Shown here: positions 44,283-54,017 of the stretch, piece by piece
Layout: each line of letters begins with the position of its first letter
How positions within the stretch are numbered: position 1 is the stretch's first letter
Assembly (NCBI GenBank): GCA_002269645.1
Contig: NIVC01000858.1
Coordinates: 1 to 64,000 of the forward strand
DNA: 64,000 bases
Source: Macrostomum lignano
Taxonomy: Eukaryota
Direction: 5' to 3'
Program-made: the position numbers and the translations under genes
The notes under the pieces: model-generated
What the model was told of the DNA's origin: nothing
The model's database searches: none
The model's input: only the letters and a program-made list of their open reading frames with translations

Positions 44283-45472
44283 CACGACCAGCCTCTCCGA
44301 TCCGATTAGACGTTAAACAGCAAAGTTTCACTATTTATTCTTGCCTTAAAAATATGCAGAGAAGTCTTTTGGGGGTCTTAAATAGTGCATAAGCCGTGTA
44401 GATTGAAATAAACGGAAGTTCCCTTTCTATTTTGAGTAACTTGTGTTTCAGAGTACACCCAGTACACTTTAAAGTCCGAGAGCGCACGAGTGAAAGGCAG
44501 TGTTGCTTTTCTGTTAAATCCGAGCCGACTGCCCCAAGTAACCAACAGTTCCCTTTTTATAGCGTACATTGGCGTTTCCTTAGGGTTTCATTAACCGCAC
44601 CCAGTGCCTGCGAATGAATAATTGCTATGAATAGAATAAAATGAAAAATAACTTTTCTCAAAACGTTCTGACGCACCCTCAGTTCAATGAAGAGTTCGGT
44701 TAAGAGCGGGTCGGCTGCGCGATTCAAGGATTTTGTACAGAAATGCGTCATAATAGGCGTCAATATTAGAGTCATAAGCTACTTACATGCGAAGTTAAAC
44801 CATCCAAAAGCAGTGCATGCCTTTTTCACGCAGACAAAGCAGCACTGAGTGCTTAAGAACTGTGTGGAACTGCCTGTCTCTCTCGTAATTCTTAAAAAAA
44901 TTCTGTACGACAAATATTTCACAAAAGATAAAACAAAGAGTAATTTGCTGTTTAAAACTGTTTAATTGTAAAAACGTGAAAGCAAACAAATAGGACAGAT
45001 AAGTCTGCACCCCCACAGCCTTTCGGTAAAAAACCTTCATGTCAAGTCTTCACTGCTCGCGATGCAGTCTAGGAGAAGAAATTTGCCTTCGATATTTAAC
45101 GATTTTGATGGGACATTGTGGAATGACGATTAGAGCTGAAGAAAAATTTTGTGACAAGTTATTACTTTCTACTTTAAGTATATAGACAATATAGACAGAA
45201 TGTGTGTCTAACACTGAAAGAGTAAGATCGAAAAGAGTAAAACTTTTAAAAGAAGTTTATCAACTGCCGTAACTACACGTACACGGTTTCTATTAAGTTC
45301 GGGAGTGGAGAAAAACCTGTTATGAGTTGCGTGAGGCGTGTCCGAGAGAACTTTCAGTTGTGCACTCCTGCACTTCAGTAAAAAATCAAATTTTGCCGTG
45401 CTGCCTTAACTGCTTATTCAGCCGCGCAATCATTTCATCCTTGGCGGCAAGCTCCTTTTGTTGCTGGGCAAT

Positions 45473-46306
45473 CTACTCTTGCTGCTGGGCAATGAGTTCG
45501 TCCTTACTAAAGAACTCAAGCACACATTGCAGGTCCAGAGTGGCTTCCCCATTCATGCGGATTGCCTTGCCGACATCATCTTCCAGCTCCTTAGCGATCA
45601 CGTGCAACTTGTTGGACTTCTCTCTGATGTCAGCAGCCATGCGTCGCATCTCTTTCACGCTGCGCGACGTATATTTGGCCACCGCCCCAGCTCCAGCGCC
45701 ACAGGCGGTACCAGCGATGGCGCCAGCGGCAACCCAGGTGGCTCCGCCGGTGAAGAAGCCGAGAGCCACAGCACCAGCCGCCAAGACGACGGCGCCAGCG
45801 GCTCCCCAGTTCCTGGAGCTGCTGGCTTTCTTGTCCATATCCTCAGACTGCTGCTTCAGCTTCTCCTCCAGCTTTTGTGCGAGCAGCTGTGAATCGCTGA
45901 AGCAGCCGATGAAGTTGGTCAAGTTCGTTAAAGAAACATTGGAAGTGTTGTAAGTTGCTATCAGTTTCTGGCAGAGCTCTTGAATATTATTTAAAGGAAT
46001 TTCTCTCCTTCCTGAGAACTTTGAGTGCACGAAATCCTCCAAAACAGTGAGCTTCTGACCGAAGGTATCGAGTTGTCTTTTAAGAATCGATCCGAACTCC
46101 TGCAGCTTTCTCAGCTCTTCTTTCAAATCATCCAGAAGTGGCTCACCGGGCAGGTTTATTTTTGTCAAATCAGCCGCATAGCAACCAGAGGCGTCAATGA
46201 CTTCGGACAGCTTGTTAATTTTGGGTCGAAGCGATTTCACATTCTTGACAACTTCTGCAGTTCTCTTAATATCCTTTTCCAGTCTGTCCAGTGGGTCATC
46301 TGCCAT
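45473..46306 (-). CDS. Intronless paralogue, copy 3 (277 aa; frame stays open to 45386 after a TAG)
   Basis: ATG at 46306, preceded by ctgtttag|tc. Same motifs as copies 1-2 (KINLPGEPLL, SQLLAQKLEEKLKQQSE, RNWGAAG, FFTGGATW). Confidence 0.8.
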   Translation of the reverse strand: MADDPLDRLEKDIKRTAEVVKNVKSLRPKINKLSEVIDASGCYAADLTKINLPGEPLLDDLKEELRKLQEFGSILKRQLDTFGQKLTVLEDFVHSKFSGRREIPLNNIQELCQKLIATYNTSNVSLTNLTNFIGCFSDSQLLAQKLEEKLKQQSEDMDKKASSSRNWGAAGAVVLAAGAVALGFFTGGATWVAAGAIAGTACGAGAGAVAKYTSRSVKEMRRMAADIREKSNKLHVIAKELEDDVGKAIRMNGEATLDLQCVLEFFSKDELIAQQQE

Positions 46307-46781
46307 GACTAAACAGAATTTCACTGCCTACCCAGTCAGCAGTAACTCCGGCTGGAGATGTCAAAAAAAATTTTGTGCCTTGCGTTGAGAAACTTTATAC
46401 AGAGTTGGCTGCTGGGTCGGTTGCGCACATTGGTACAAATAATGTCTCAACGATGCGCACTGCAGCTGTCACATCGAGTCACAGAGTGCTGTGTGCGCTG
46501 GACAAAAACTGAAGTTCCCTTTTTTCACAGCATACATTGTCACTGAGAGCATTGCCATGAACTTAATTCCCGCAAATCATTTCTCTACCTTATGTAGTCA
46601 GAGCAAGATGCAAATGAGCCAACTTGCTCTGAGCAGGAGTTCTGACTCTCTCTCAGCACAATGATCAAGCCGTTTAAGTTCGGAATGGCTCACTGTGCCC
46701 GCCGCTCGAGAGTTCTGAATCTGAGTTGGGGTGGCGCACGGCAAACCATGTTTTTAAAGCACAATTGCTAAGACTCTTTTT

Positions 46782-47452
46782 TGTTAGATAAGCTTTGCGT
46801 CAAAAGAAGCTGAGGTAGGAAGACGGCAGGAGTAGTCTCCTAACACTAACACTTGAGCCCAAAGTGCGTCTTATGAAGCAAGATTAAAGTGCTGAGGAGG
46901 CTCTGGAAGATTTTAGGAGCGCAAAAGTTAGTAGTGACCGAGCTGTGACTCTAAGAATGAACTCTGAGAGTCAGGAGTGAGTTGGACGGCATCAAGAGTA
47001 GCTCTGCGAGTCAGGAGGGGTGGGTTTCACAAACGCGAAATTTCACAACCGCTAAAATTTTTGCACTTACTTTCATATACAACACTCTTTTTAGCGGTTG
47101 TGAAGTTTTGCGTTTGTGAAGTTTAGTGCTTATGAAAGTAGGTGATTTAGCGGTTGTGAAGTTTCGCGTTTGTGAAGTTTAGTGCTTATGAAAGTAGGTG
47201 ATTTAGCGGTTGTGAAGTTTCGCGTTTGTGAAGTTTAGTGCTTTTGAAAGTAGGTGATTTAGCGGTTGTGAAGTTTCGCGCTTATGAAAGTGACTGCAAT
47301 TTTTTAGCGGTTATGAAGTTTCGCGGTTGTGAAAGTAGGTGATTTAGCGGTTGTGAAATTCGCGTTTGTGAAAGCAACCCGTCAGGAGTGAGTTGGACAG
47401 CATCAAGAGAAACTCTGACAGTGTCTTTCACAGAAATAAATCTAGGACTACA
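46782..47452 (+). mobile_element. Candidate LTR (TG...CA), interrupted by a MITE; second copy 55245-55915
   Basis: Starts tgttag, ends ctaca, with AATAAA near the 3' end. It begins where homology to the paralogous intergenic block (42870) stops and lies upstream of BEL gag. No PBS or matching 3' LTR found. Confidence 0.45.
47018..47380. mobile_element. Non-autonomous DNA transposon (MITE) with ~40-bp imperfect TIRs, internal tandem repeats and 8-bp TSD; second copy 55481-55843
   Basis: Left gggtgggtttcacaaacgcgaaatttcacaaccgctaaa versus the reverse complement of the right end gggttgctttcacaaacgcgaatttcacaaccgctaaa. TSD gtcaggag at 47010-47017 and 47381-47388. Confidence 0.8.
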
Positions 47453-47764
47453 TAGAAGAAAGCCGCCGCAGCCGCAGTCTTCCCCGAGGAGGTCTGCTCG
47501 AAGATGACTCTGCACAGTCCGCCACAGAAGCCTTCCACGCCGTCCGTGGGAACAGCAATCAGCGCGGCCGGGACGGAAATCAGCAACCGCCTTTCGACCT
47601 CAGTGGCTCGTTGCCAGCTGCTTCATCCAGAGCAATGGCTCCTCCTGCTGCTCAGGCCGCTGCACCGATCTCTGCCGCCTCTCCTGCTACACCTGACGTT
47701 GAAGTCAACGCCCTTCTCGCCTCCATGACCGCGATGATGCAGCAGAACCAGCAACTCATGCAAC

Positions 47765-50041
47765 GGGCCCCAAGAGGGGCGTCTCCGGATCCCGTCCGGG
47801 GACGGGCATTGGGTCCGCGTTCTCGCCGCGCCCCCGAACGCTCTCTGAGTGACGAAGTGACCCACCCTACCCAGATCCCGCGGAGCAGTGATCAACCCTA
47901 CGGCGTCCCGGCCTCGGCCATGGACTCCACCGTTTCTCCCGAGGAGGACAACCTCCATCAGATCCTCTTGTCCTCCTCGACTTCAAGAGGGCGTACAACC
48001 GCGTCTGGATCAGAGCCTTGTGCATCAAAATGAGGGACCTGGGGGTCCCCCACGTTTCGTGCTCTGGATCCACCGCTTCCTGAGCGACCGCCGCGCCGAG
48101 GTCAAATGGGTCAACAGGACCAGCCGTGAACGGGTTTTCGAGGACGGCCTCCCGCAGGGCAGTGTCCTGGCCCCCTCCTCTGGCTCATCTTCGCTAACGA
48201 CCTCCCGGCTGCCATCAGGGCCGTTAGCCCAGAATGCGGCATCAATCTGTATGCAGACGACAGCAGCCTCCTCGCCACCAACCGCCGCCTATCCGCGTGT
48301 GCTCGCATCATCCAACCAGCCCTCGATGCCACAGCGGCCTGGTGCGCCCGCTGGAAAGTCCTCCTCAGTTATGACAAATGCGAGTATTCGACCTTCACCC
48401 TTTGCCCGTACGAAACGAACGGCAAGGTCCGCCTCCGGCTCGAAATTAACGGCCACGATATCGCCTTCAACCAATACCCTCGCCTGCCCGGCGTCACCAT
48501 TGACGGCCAGCTCAACTTCGCCAAACAGGGCTCGGAGGTCCGCCGGAGGATGGCTCAACGCCGCAGCGCCCTCAACGCCCTTGCCCATCGCAGCACGGGC
48601 GCTGACGCCAGAGTCCTGCGAACTGCCTACATTGCCACCATCCGGGCCTGTGCCGACTACGGCAGTGCTATTTGGTTTAACGTGGCTGCGCCGAGCACCC
48701 GTCGCGGCATTGCGAGTCAGCAGGCGATCTGTGCGCGGCTGATCACTGGTTGCTGCAGCACGACGCCTAATCACCTGTCTCTCCGCCTTGCGAATCTCCC
48801 CCCGATAGCTTCCGTTGCCGTGGAACGCGCCGCCAATCTCTTCGAGCGCATCGTCAGGCTTTCCCCTGAGTGCCCGGCTCACGGCACTGCGATGCGCACG
48901 ACCCGTCCACGCCTCAAAAATAGGAGTTTCGAAGAAGCCCCTGCGCCCGACGACACCCACCTCGAGCTCGACCGAGCAAGACCCTTCCGCGGCTGCTGGC
49001 GCCGCGCCACTTCGGAGCTCCCGGTCTGCGCCTTCACGCTCAGAGAATCTGACCGCGAGACCCCGCCTCGCCTCGCTCCCTGGCTCGACTTCTGCCAGAC
49101 CCGCGTCAGCTTCGACCTCCAGGCCTGTAGTGTCCGCAGGGACGCCCCCGCCGAGGTTCGGGCAGCCGCCGCCGAGGCCGGCATCGCGCGAGCCCGCGAG
49201 TGCTCTGTCATCGCCTGGACGGACGGCTCCGCTGAGAAGGGTACCAGCAACGGGGCGGCGCCGCCGTCATCGAGTTCAGGGACGGTCGCCCCGCGTCACC
49301 GTCCGCGCCGCGGCCGGTGCCCTGTGCAGCAGCTTTCAGGCCGAACTCGTCGCGATCCAGACCGCCCTGTCCTACTGCCTCCGTGAGGGGCCGGCCCCGC
49401 CCCCCAGCATGGCGGTTCTCACTGACAGCCTCAGCGCTCTGACCGCCCTGGAGCAGGGGCCCGCCCGCCAGTCCACCGCTACCGGAGCGACCTGCTGGCA
49501 GCTCATCGCCGGCTCCTCCGGCCGCACTGATTTCCGTTTCTGTTGGGTCCCCGGACACGCCGGCATCGACGGCAACACCGCCGCGGACCTTGCGGCCGCC
49601 GAAGCCGCCACTCTCGCGCAAGCGCACGTGCCTATCAGCACTACCTCGGCCCGCGCCGCCATCCGCCGCGATCGCCGCGTCCTCGACGCCCGTATTCTCG
49701 GCCTTCCTATTCACCATACCCATTCCTTCCGCAATCGCCGGGAGTTTGTCACTTTCAACCAACTCCGGGCCGATGTCAGCACCCTGTGCGGTTCCACCTG
49801 ACACCGCCTCGGCATGCAAGACGACGAGGCCTGCCCGGACTGTGGCGCCCCGGACACGGTGGACCACGTCCTCCGCCGCTGCCCCCGCGGAGATGCGCCG
49901 CGGCTCCGCATCTTCGGCGGCGACGACGCCCTGGACGGCCCCGCCGGAAGGTTATTCGCGTTGCTCCGCGGGATGGGGCGATGGCCCCCGCCTATATTAG
50001 CGCCGCAGCGCTAACGGCGCGCTGGGAATAAGAAAGAAAGA
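47765..50041 (+). mobile_element. Ingi/I-group-like non-LTR retrotransposon (RT + RNase H + Cys knuckle), internally deleted; second copy ~56228-58504
   Basis: LDFKRAYNRVW, GLPQGSVLAP, LYADD, GVTIDGQLNF; RNase H WTDGS..AELVAI..TDSLS..WVPGHAGIDGNTAAD; CPDCGAPDTVDHVLRRCP; (GAAA)n tail; 12-bp TSD aactcatgcaac at 47753-47764 and 50042-50053. Confidence 0.9.
47774..47864 (+). ncRNA. HDV-like (CPEB3-type) self-cleaving ribozyme at the 5' end of the LINE; second copy ~56237-56326
   Basis: Hand fold: P1 ggggc/gcccc, P2 tgggtc/gaccca, P3 gcg/cgc, L3 ttctcgc, P4 cgctc/gagtg, J4/2 acgaa. The core GCG-UUCUCGC-CGC-GCCCC...CGAA closely mirrors the CPEB3 ribozyme core as recalled. The outer end of P1 is imperfect. 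Confidence 0.65.
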
Positions 50042-53000
50042 AACTCATGCAACAGCTCGCCACCACCGTCCGTCCAGCCTCGAAACCAGCTGTCTCAATG
50101 CCCGCATCAGATGCTCACCATCCGGCTGGGCTCATCCGCTCCACCATTCTCAAGAAAGTGCATCTCCCAACCTTCGACCGTATGGACCCTGCTGCATTTC
50201 CGGGCTTCTGGGACGCCTTCGTCTACAGCGTCGGCCGCTCCAGCCTCAACGACGTCGACAAACTCGAGGCACTCCGCGGTCTGCTCTCCGGCTCCGCTCT
50301 CAAGAAGCTCGGTGCTCTCGACGCCTGCCAGCCGAACGCCTACGCTGAGGCCTGTCGTGTCCTTCAGGCCAACTACGCCGACACACAGGAGGAAAAGAAC
50401 GCCTCCTTCCAGCGTCTCCTCGCCCTTCACTGCAGCTCTGCCTCCGACCTGGGTGAGCTCGAGGAATTCACGGACGCCCTCCGTCTGGCCACCGGCCAGC
50501 TTCTCCGACTTGGCGAGCTTGTCTGCACCCTCGACAGCTACGTCTACGCGCTCTGGAGCTGCGCTCTGAATTCCAGAGCGAGATCCGCAATCTTCGCGCT
50601 TCTAACAGGCAGCCTCTCGTGTCCACCATGGCAGAGCTCCAGGACCATCTCGACTGCAAGCTCAAGACCCTCAGAGCCGCCTCAGCCACAGTGCCAGCTG
50701 CGCCATTCGCCTCCGCCAGTCTTCTGGGCAACGCTGCGTCCCGGCCGCAATCCACTCGCAGTCAATGCGGCCACCGACCGCCAGCAGCTCCTCGCGCCGG
50801 ACCTGCTCCTCGCACCGATGCTGCGCCTTGCGCATCTGCGTCACTCGCCCCTTTTGTCAGCCAGCAACAGAAGCCCAGGCGCAGCTGTATCTACTGCGAC
50901 AGCTCCGACCACATCGCCATGTTCTGCAGCGAGGTGCCGAAGCCCGATGACCGCCTCAAGATCGTCCGAGAGAAAAATCTCTGCCGCAACTGCCTCCCCA
51001 GCCACCACACCCGGGACTGCCGTGACACCCGACGATGCCGCGAGTGCGACGGGCCGCATCACACTACTCTCCACGGGGCCACCTTCACGAGTTCTAGTCA
51101 ACGATCGGCAAATACTCGTTCAAACGCCAACCTTAACGCTGCCGTTGAAGATGCGACCTCCAAGGAGACAGTCAACTCACTCGTCTCTGCCTCAGCAGAC
51201 GGAGGCCTCGCTCCGACCATCATGGCGACCCTTCGTGCAACTGCCGTCAACCCAAAGGACGGCCGCATCGTCAATTTCAACATCCTTCTCGACTCAGGGT
51301 GCTCCTACTCTCACCTCGACGGCGCCGTCGCTCGCAAGCTTGGACTCAAGGCTGCCAGGAAGCTTACGATTGCCACCTCTACTTTTCATGCAGAGTCCAG
51401 GCGCCCCGTCACCGCAGATCTTGTAAGCTTTGACCTCCAGGCTCCGGATGGCCGCCGCTGGCCGATCACCGCCCTCGCATCTGAACAGCTGGCAGCTCCG
51501 ATCTACATGCCTGCCGTCGATCTTCCAAAAGACGTCCTCAACACCCTCAAGAGCGTCCCGAACGGCGTCTGCAACATTCCACCTGCCCGTGACAAGGAAA
51601 TCTCTCTCGATCTCATCCTCGGCGGTGAGGTCAACCAGCTCCTGATCGGCCCCGCTGTTCCTGCCCTGGCTCTGCGACCAACCCTCAACGTCTCCCTCGA
51701 CGGCATGAACACCCGTCGCATCAACGGCTTCCTCGGCTCCTCCCAGGTTCTCGTCGCCAATGTCTACCTCGGAGACGGTGGAATTCGCCTTGAAAAGCTT
51801 CTCGACCGCATGTCCAATCTCGAGGTTCTGGGCATCGATAAGGGCGCGGGAAAGCCATGCCTGCAGGACGACGGACCAACTCAGCGCCTCCTCGCCTCTG
51901 CCACCCGCGGCCCTGACGGTCGCATCTCCGTCGACCTGCCATTCAACCCTGGTGCCGAGCTCCCACCTTCCAACTTTGGCCAGGCCTTTGGTCGTGCTCA
52001 AGCCGCCCACCGCCGCCTCAGCCTTCCCGAGCGCGAGACCTACTACGCCGAGTCCGAAAACCGCAAGCAAGAAGTTGTCCTGGAACGAGTCAACCCTAGC
52101 CAGACAGCTGGTCAAGTTATCCAGATTCTGCCGCACTTCCCAGTCATCAAGGAGAGCTCCAACACGACAAAGATCCGTTCCGTCGTCGACGCTTCTGCCA
52201 AGACCTCGCTCGCTGGCGCCACACTCAACGACCTCCTAGAGCCTGGGCCCAACCTGCTGACCTCAATGCTTCAAGTCCTTCTAGTATACCGTGCTCACCG
52301 CTTCAGCATCTCATCTGACCTCAAGGCCGCCTTCTACCGGGTAGGCGTTGATGAGCCTCACCGCGACGCCCTCGTCCTCCTGAAGGACATCACCAAGCCG
52401 CTGGTGCAGGACAACTTCGAGCTCTGGCGCTTCACTCGCATAGTCATCGGCGCTGACACCAAGGATGATGCTGCCCATCTCGTCTCCGGCCTCCGCGAGC
52501 TCTTCCACCGAGCCTGCTTCCATCTCCTAGAGTTTGCCATCAACCTTCCTGACTGCCTCGCCGACCTTCCGCAAGAAGATCGCCTCGCCGACAATCCAGT
52601 CGGCCTCCTGAAACTCAGCTGGGACACGTCAAATTCCGTCAAGATTGAGGCCATTCTCAGCTGCCGGCTGACCACCGTCTCAAACGACCCTGCCGGTCCG
52701 TCGCTTCTGACTCCGGCTCACCTCCTCAGGGTTGGCCCTCATCTGCTATTTCCGGTCCACGATGACACCTTCCTGCCTGCCGGTAGTTTCAATGCTGACT
52801 GCCTCCCAGCTCTTCATCGACGCCGAGACGCAATCCTTCGTACTGCTTCGTACTGCTTCCGGCCACGAGGTCCGCCGGTCCGTTGCCCACCTCGTCCCTC
52901 TCGAGTGCGAAGGCCGGCACTGAGCAGCCCACCGCTCTGACCGCGGGTCCACCTGCTGACACGTCTGCCGGCACCACTGGTCAGCCTCCTGCCACCGCCG

Positions 53001-53477
53001 GCCAGCCGGCTGCCACCGCCGGCCCGTCTGCCGGCCAGTCCGCTGGCACCTCTGGCCTGTCTGCCTGTGTCCGCCGTGCGCTCCACCGCCAGAAGATTCG
53101 TGACCTTATCTTTGAGTCTTGACTAACACTTCTCACTCTCCCCTTTCTGGCCGCCGCCCCATCCTGTCAGATTTATCCACATGAACTGACAATTAATCAT
53201 ATCATTTCCATTCTTCTCTGTGCAATTTGCGTTTGGTGTGGCTCCCAATTGGGCCGTTTTACTTTGTGCTTGTTGTGTGCGTATTTAGAACGGCTCGTAC
53301 AGTATAATACTCGTATTTGCACGATCGATAATTTAGGCCTCTCCGTGCGCTTGGCGCACGAAGAGGTCCAGTTTTATTACGTTTGAATATAGCCTGATCT
53401 CTCTCTTCCGACTTTTTGCGATTGTTTAAAACTTTCACTGCCCGCCTGTTGCTACGCTCGTAAATATAGCTTCGTAA

Positions 53478-54017
53478 GTGTTAGTCATTCCGTCTCCGTT
53501 ATTTGTCCCACCAGCAATTGGACACGCGTATATCGGCGGCTGGCTGCTCTCTCGTCTGCTGCAAAGCGGCTCTTGTGCAACATGCACGGCTGAGCTCTTG
53601 GAAACTCAAAATGCAAGTCCAGGAATGCTCTTTCTAGAACTAAAAAACATCAGTATTTCTGGTGGCGGTCTTCGCTTTCCCAGCTTAATACTCGTACAAG
53701 CAGTACTACGGATGGAACAAGCCCTTAGCAATTGCTGCATTGTACAGGACAGAATCAGAGCGAGGCATGGAATAGCTATCAGCTCTTGCGTGCAGCCAGT
53801 CGTTAAAGCGGCAGCTGCCTCAGTTCTGAAATTACACAGTGATGAGCACACTGAGGAATGGCTGACCCGCCTATCGCTCTTATTCACACGCATGAGAGTG
53901 CACCACTGGCGCAAGGCGCAGCAGACGATCTTGCGCTCCTCCAAAAAGCGGAGCGCTTCCGGTTTTTGCTCAGCTTCTGGCGACCAGCGCAAGCTGCGTC
54001 GTCTAAGTGCAACCTGA
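53478..54017 (+). mobile_element. P-element/THAP9-like transposase C-terminal remnant; second copy 61940-62479
   Basis: AYIGGWLL..CATC..L..LELK..GGLRFPS..RMRVHH resembles the C-terminal region of P-superfamily transposases. No catalytic N-terminal part or TIRs seen. Confidence 0.55.

Larger units (their letters stand above)
47635..53150 (+). mobile_element. BEL/Pao LTR retrotransposon gag-pol, internally deleted and interrupted by a LINE; second copy ~56098-61612
   Basis: Gag (VHLPTFD..FPGFWDAF..LNDVDKLEALRGLL), three Cys/His knuckles (CIYCDSSDHIAMFC, CRNCLPSHHTRDC, CRECDGPHHTTLH), protease LLDSGCS, partial RT (PHFPVIKESSNTTKIRSVVDAS, LNDLLEPGPNLL, DLKAAF), and integrase-distal motifs (LTPAHLL, RRSVAHLVPLE). 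Confidence 0.9.

Noticed and set aside
41344-46312. Plus-strand ORFs of 226-312 aa opposite the hairpin genes
   Set aside because: Antisense shadows of biased codon usage; not conserved as proteins between copies.
47452-53200. Full-length intact BEL element with paired LTRs
   Set aside because: No PBS, PPT or second LTR found; RT is truncated, and RNase H and the integrase core are missing.
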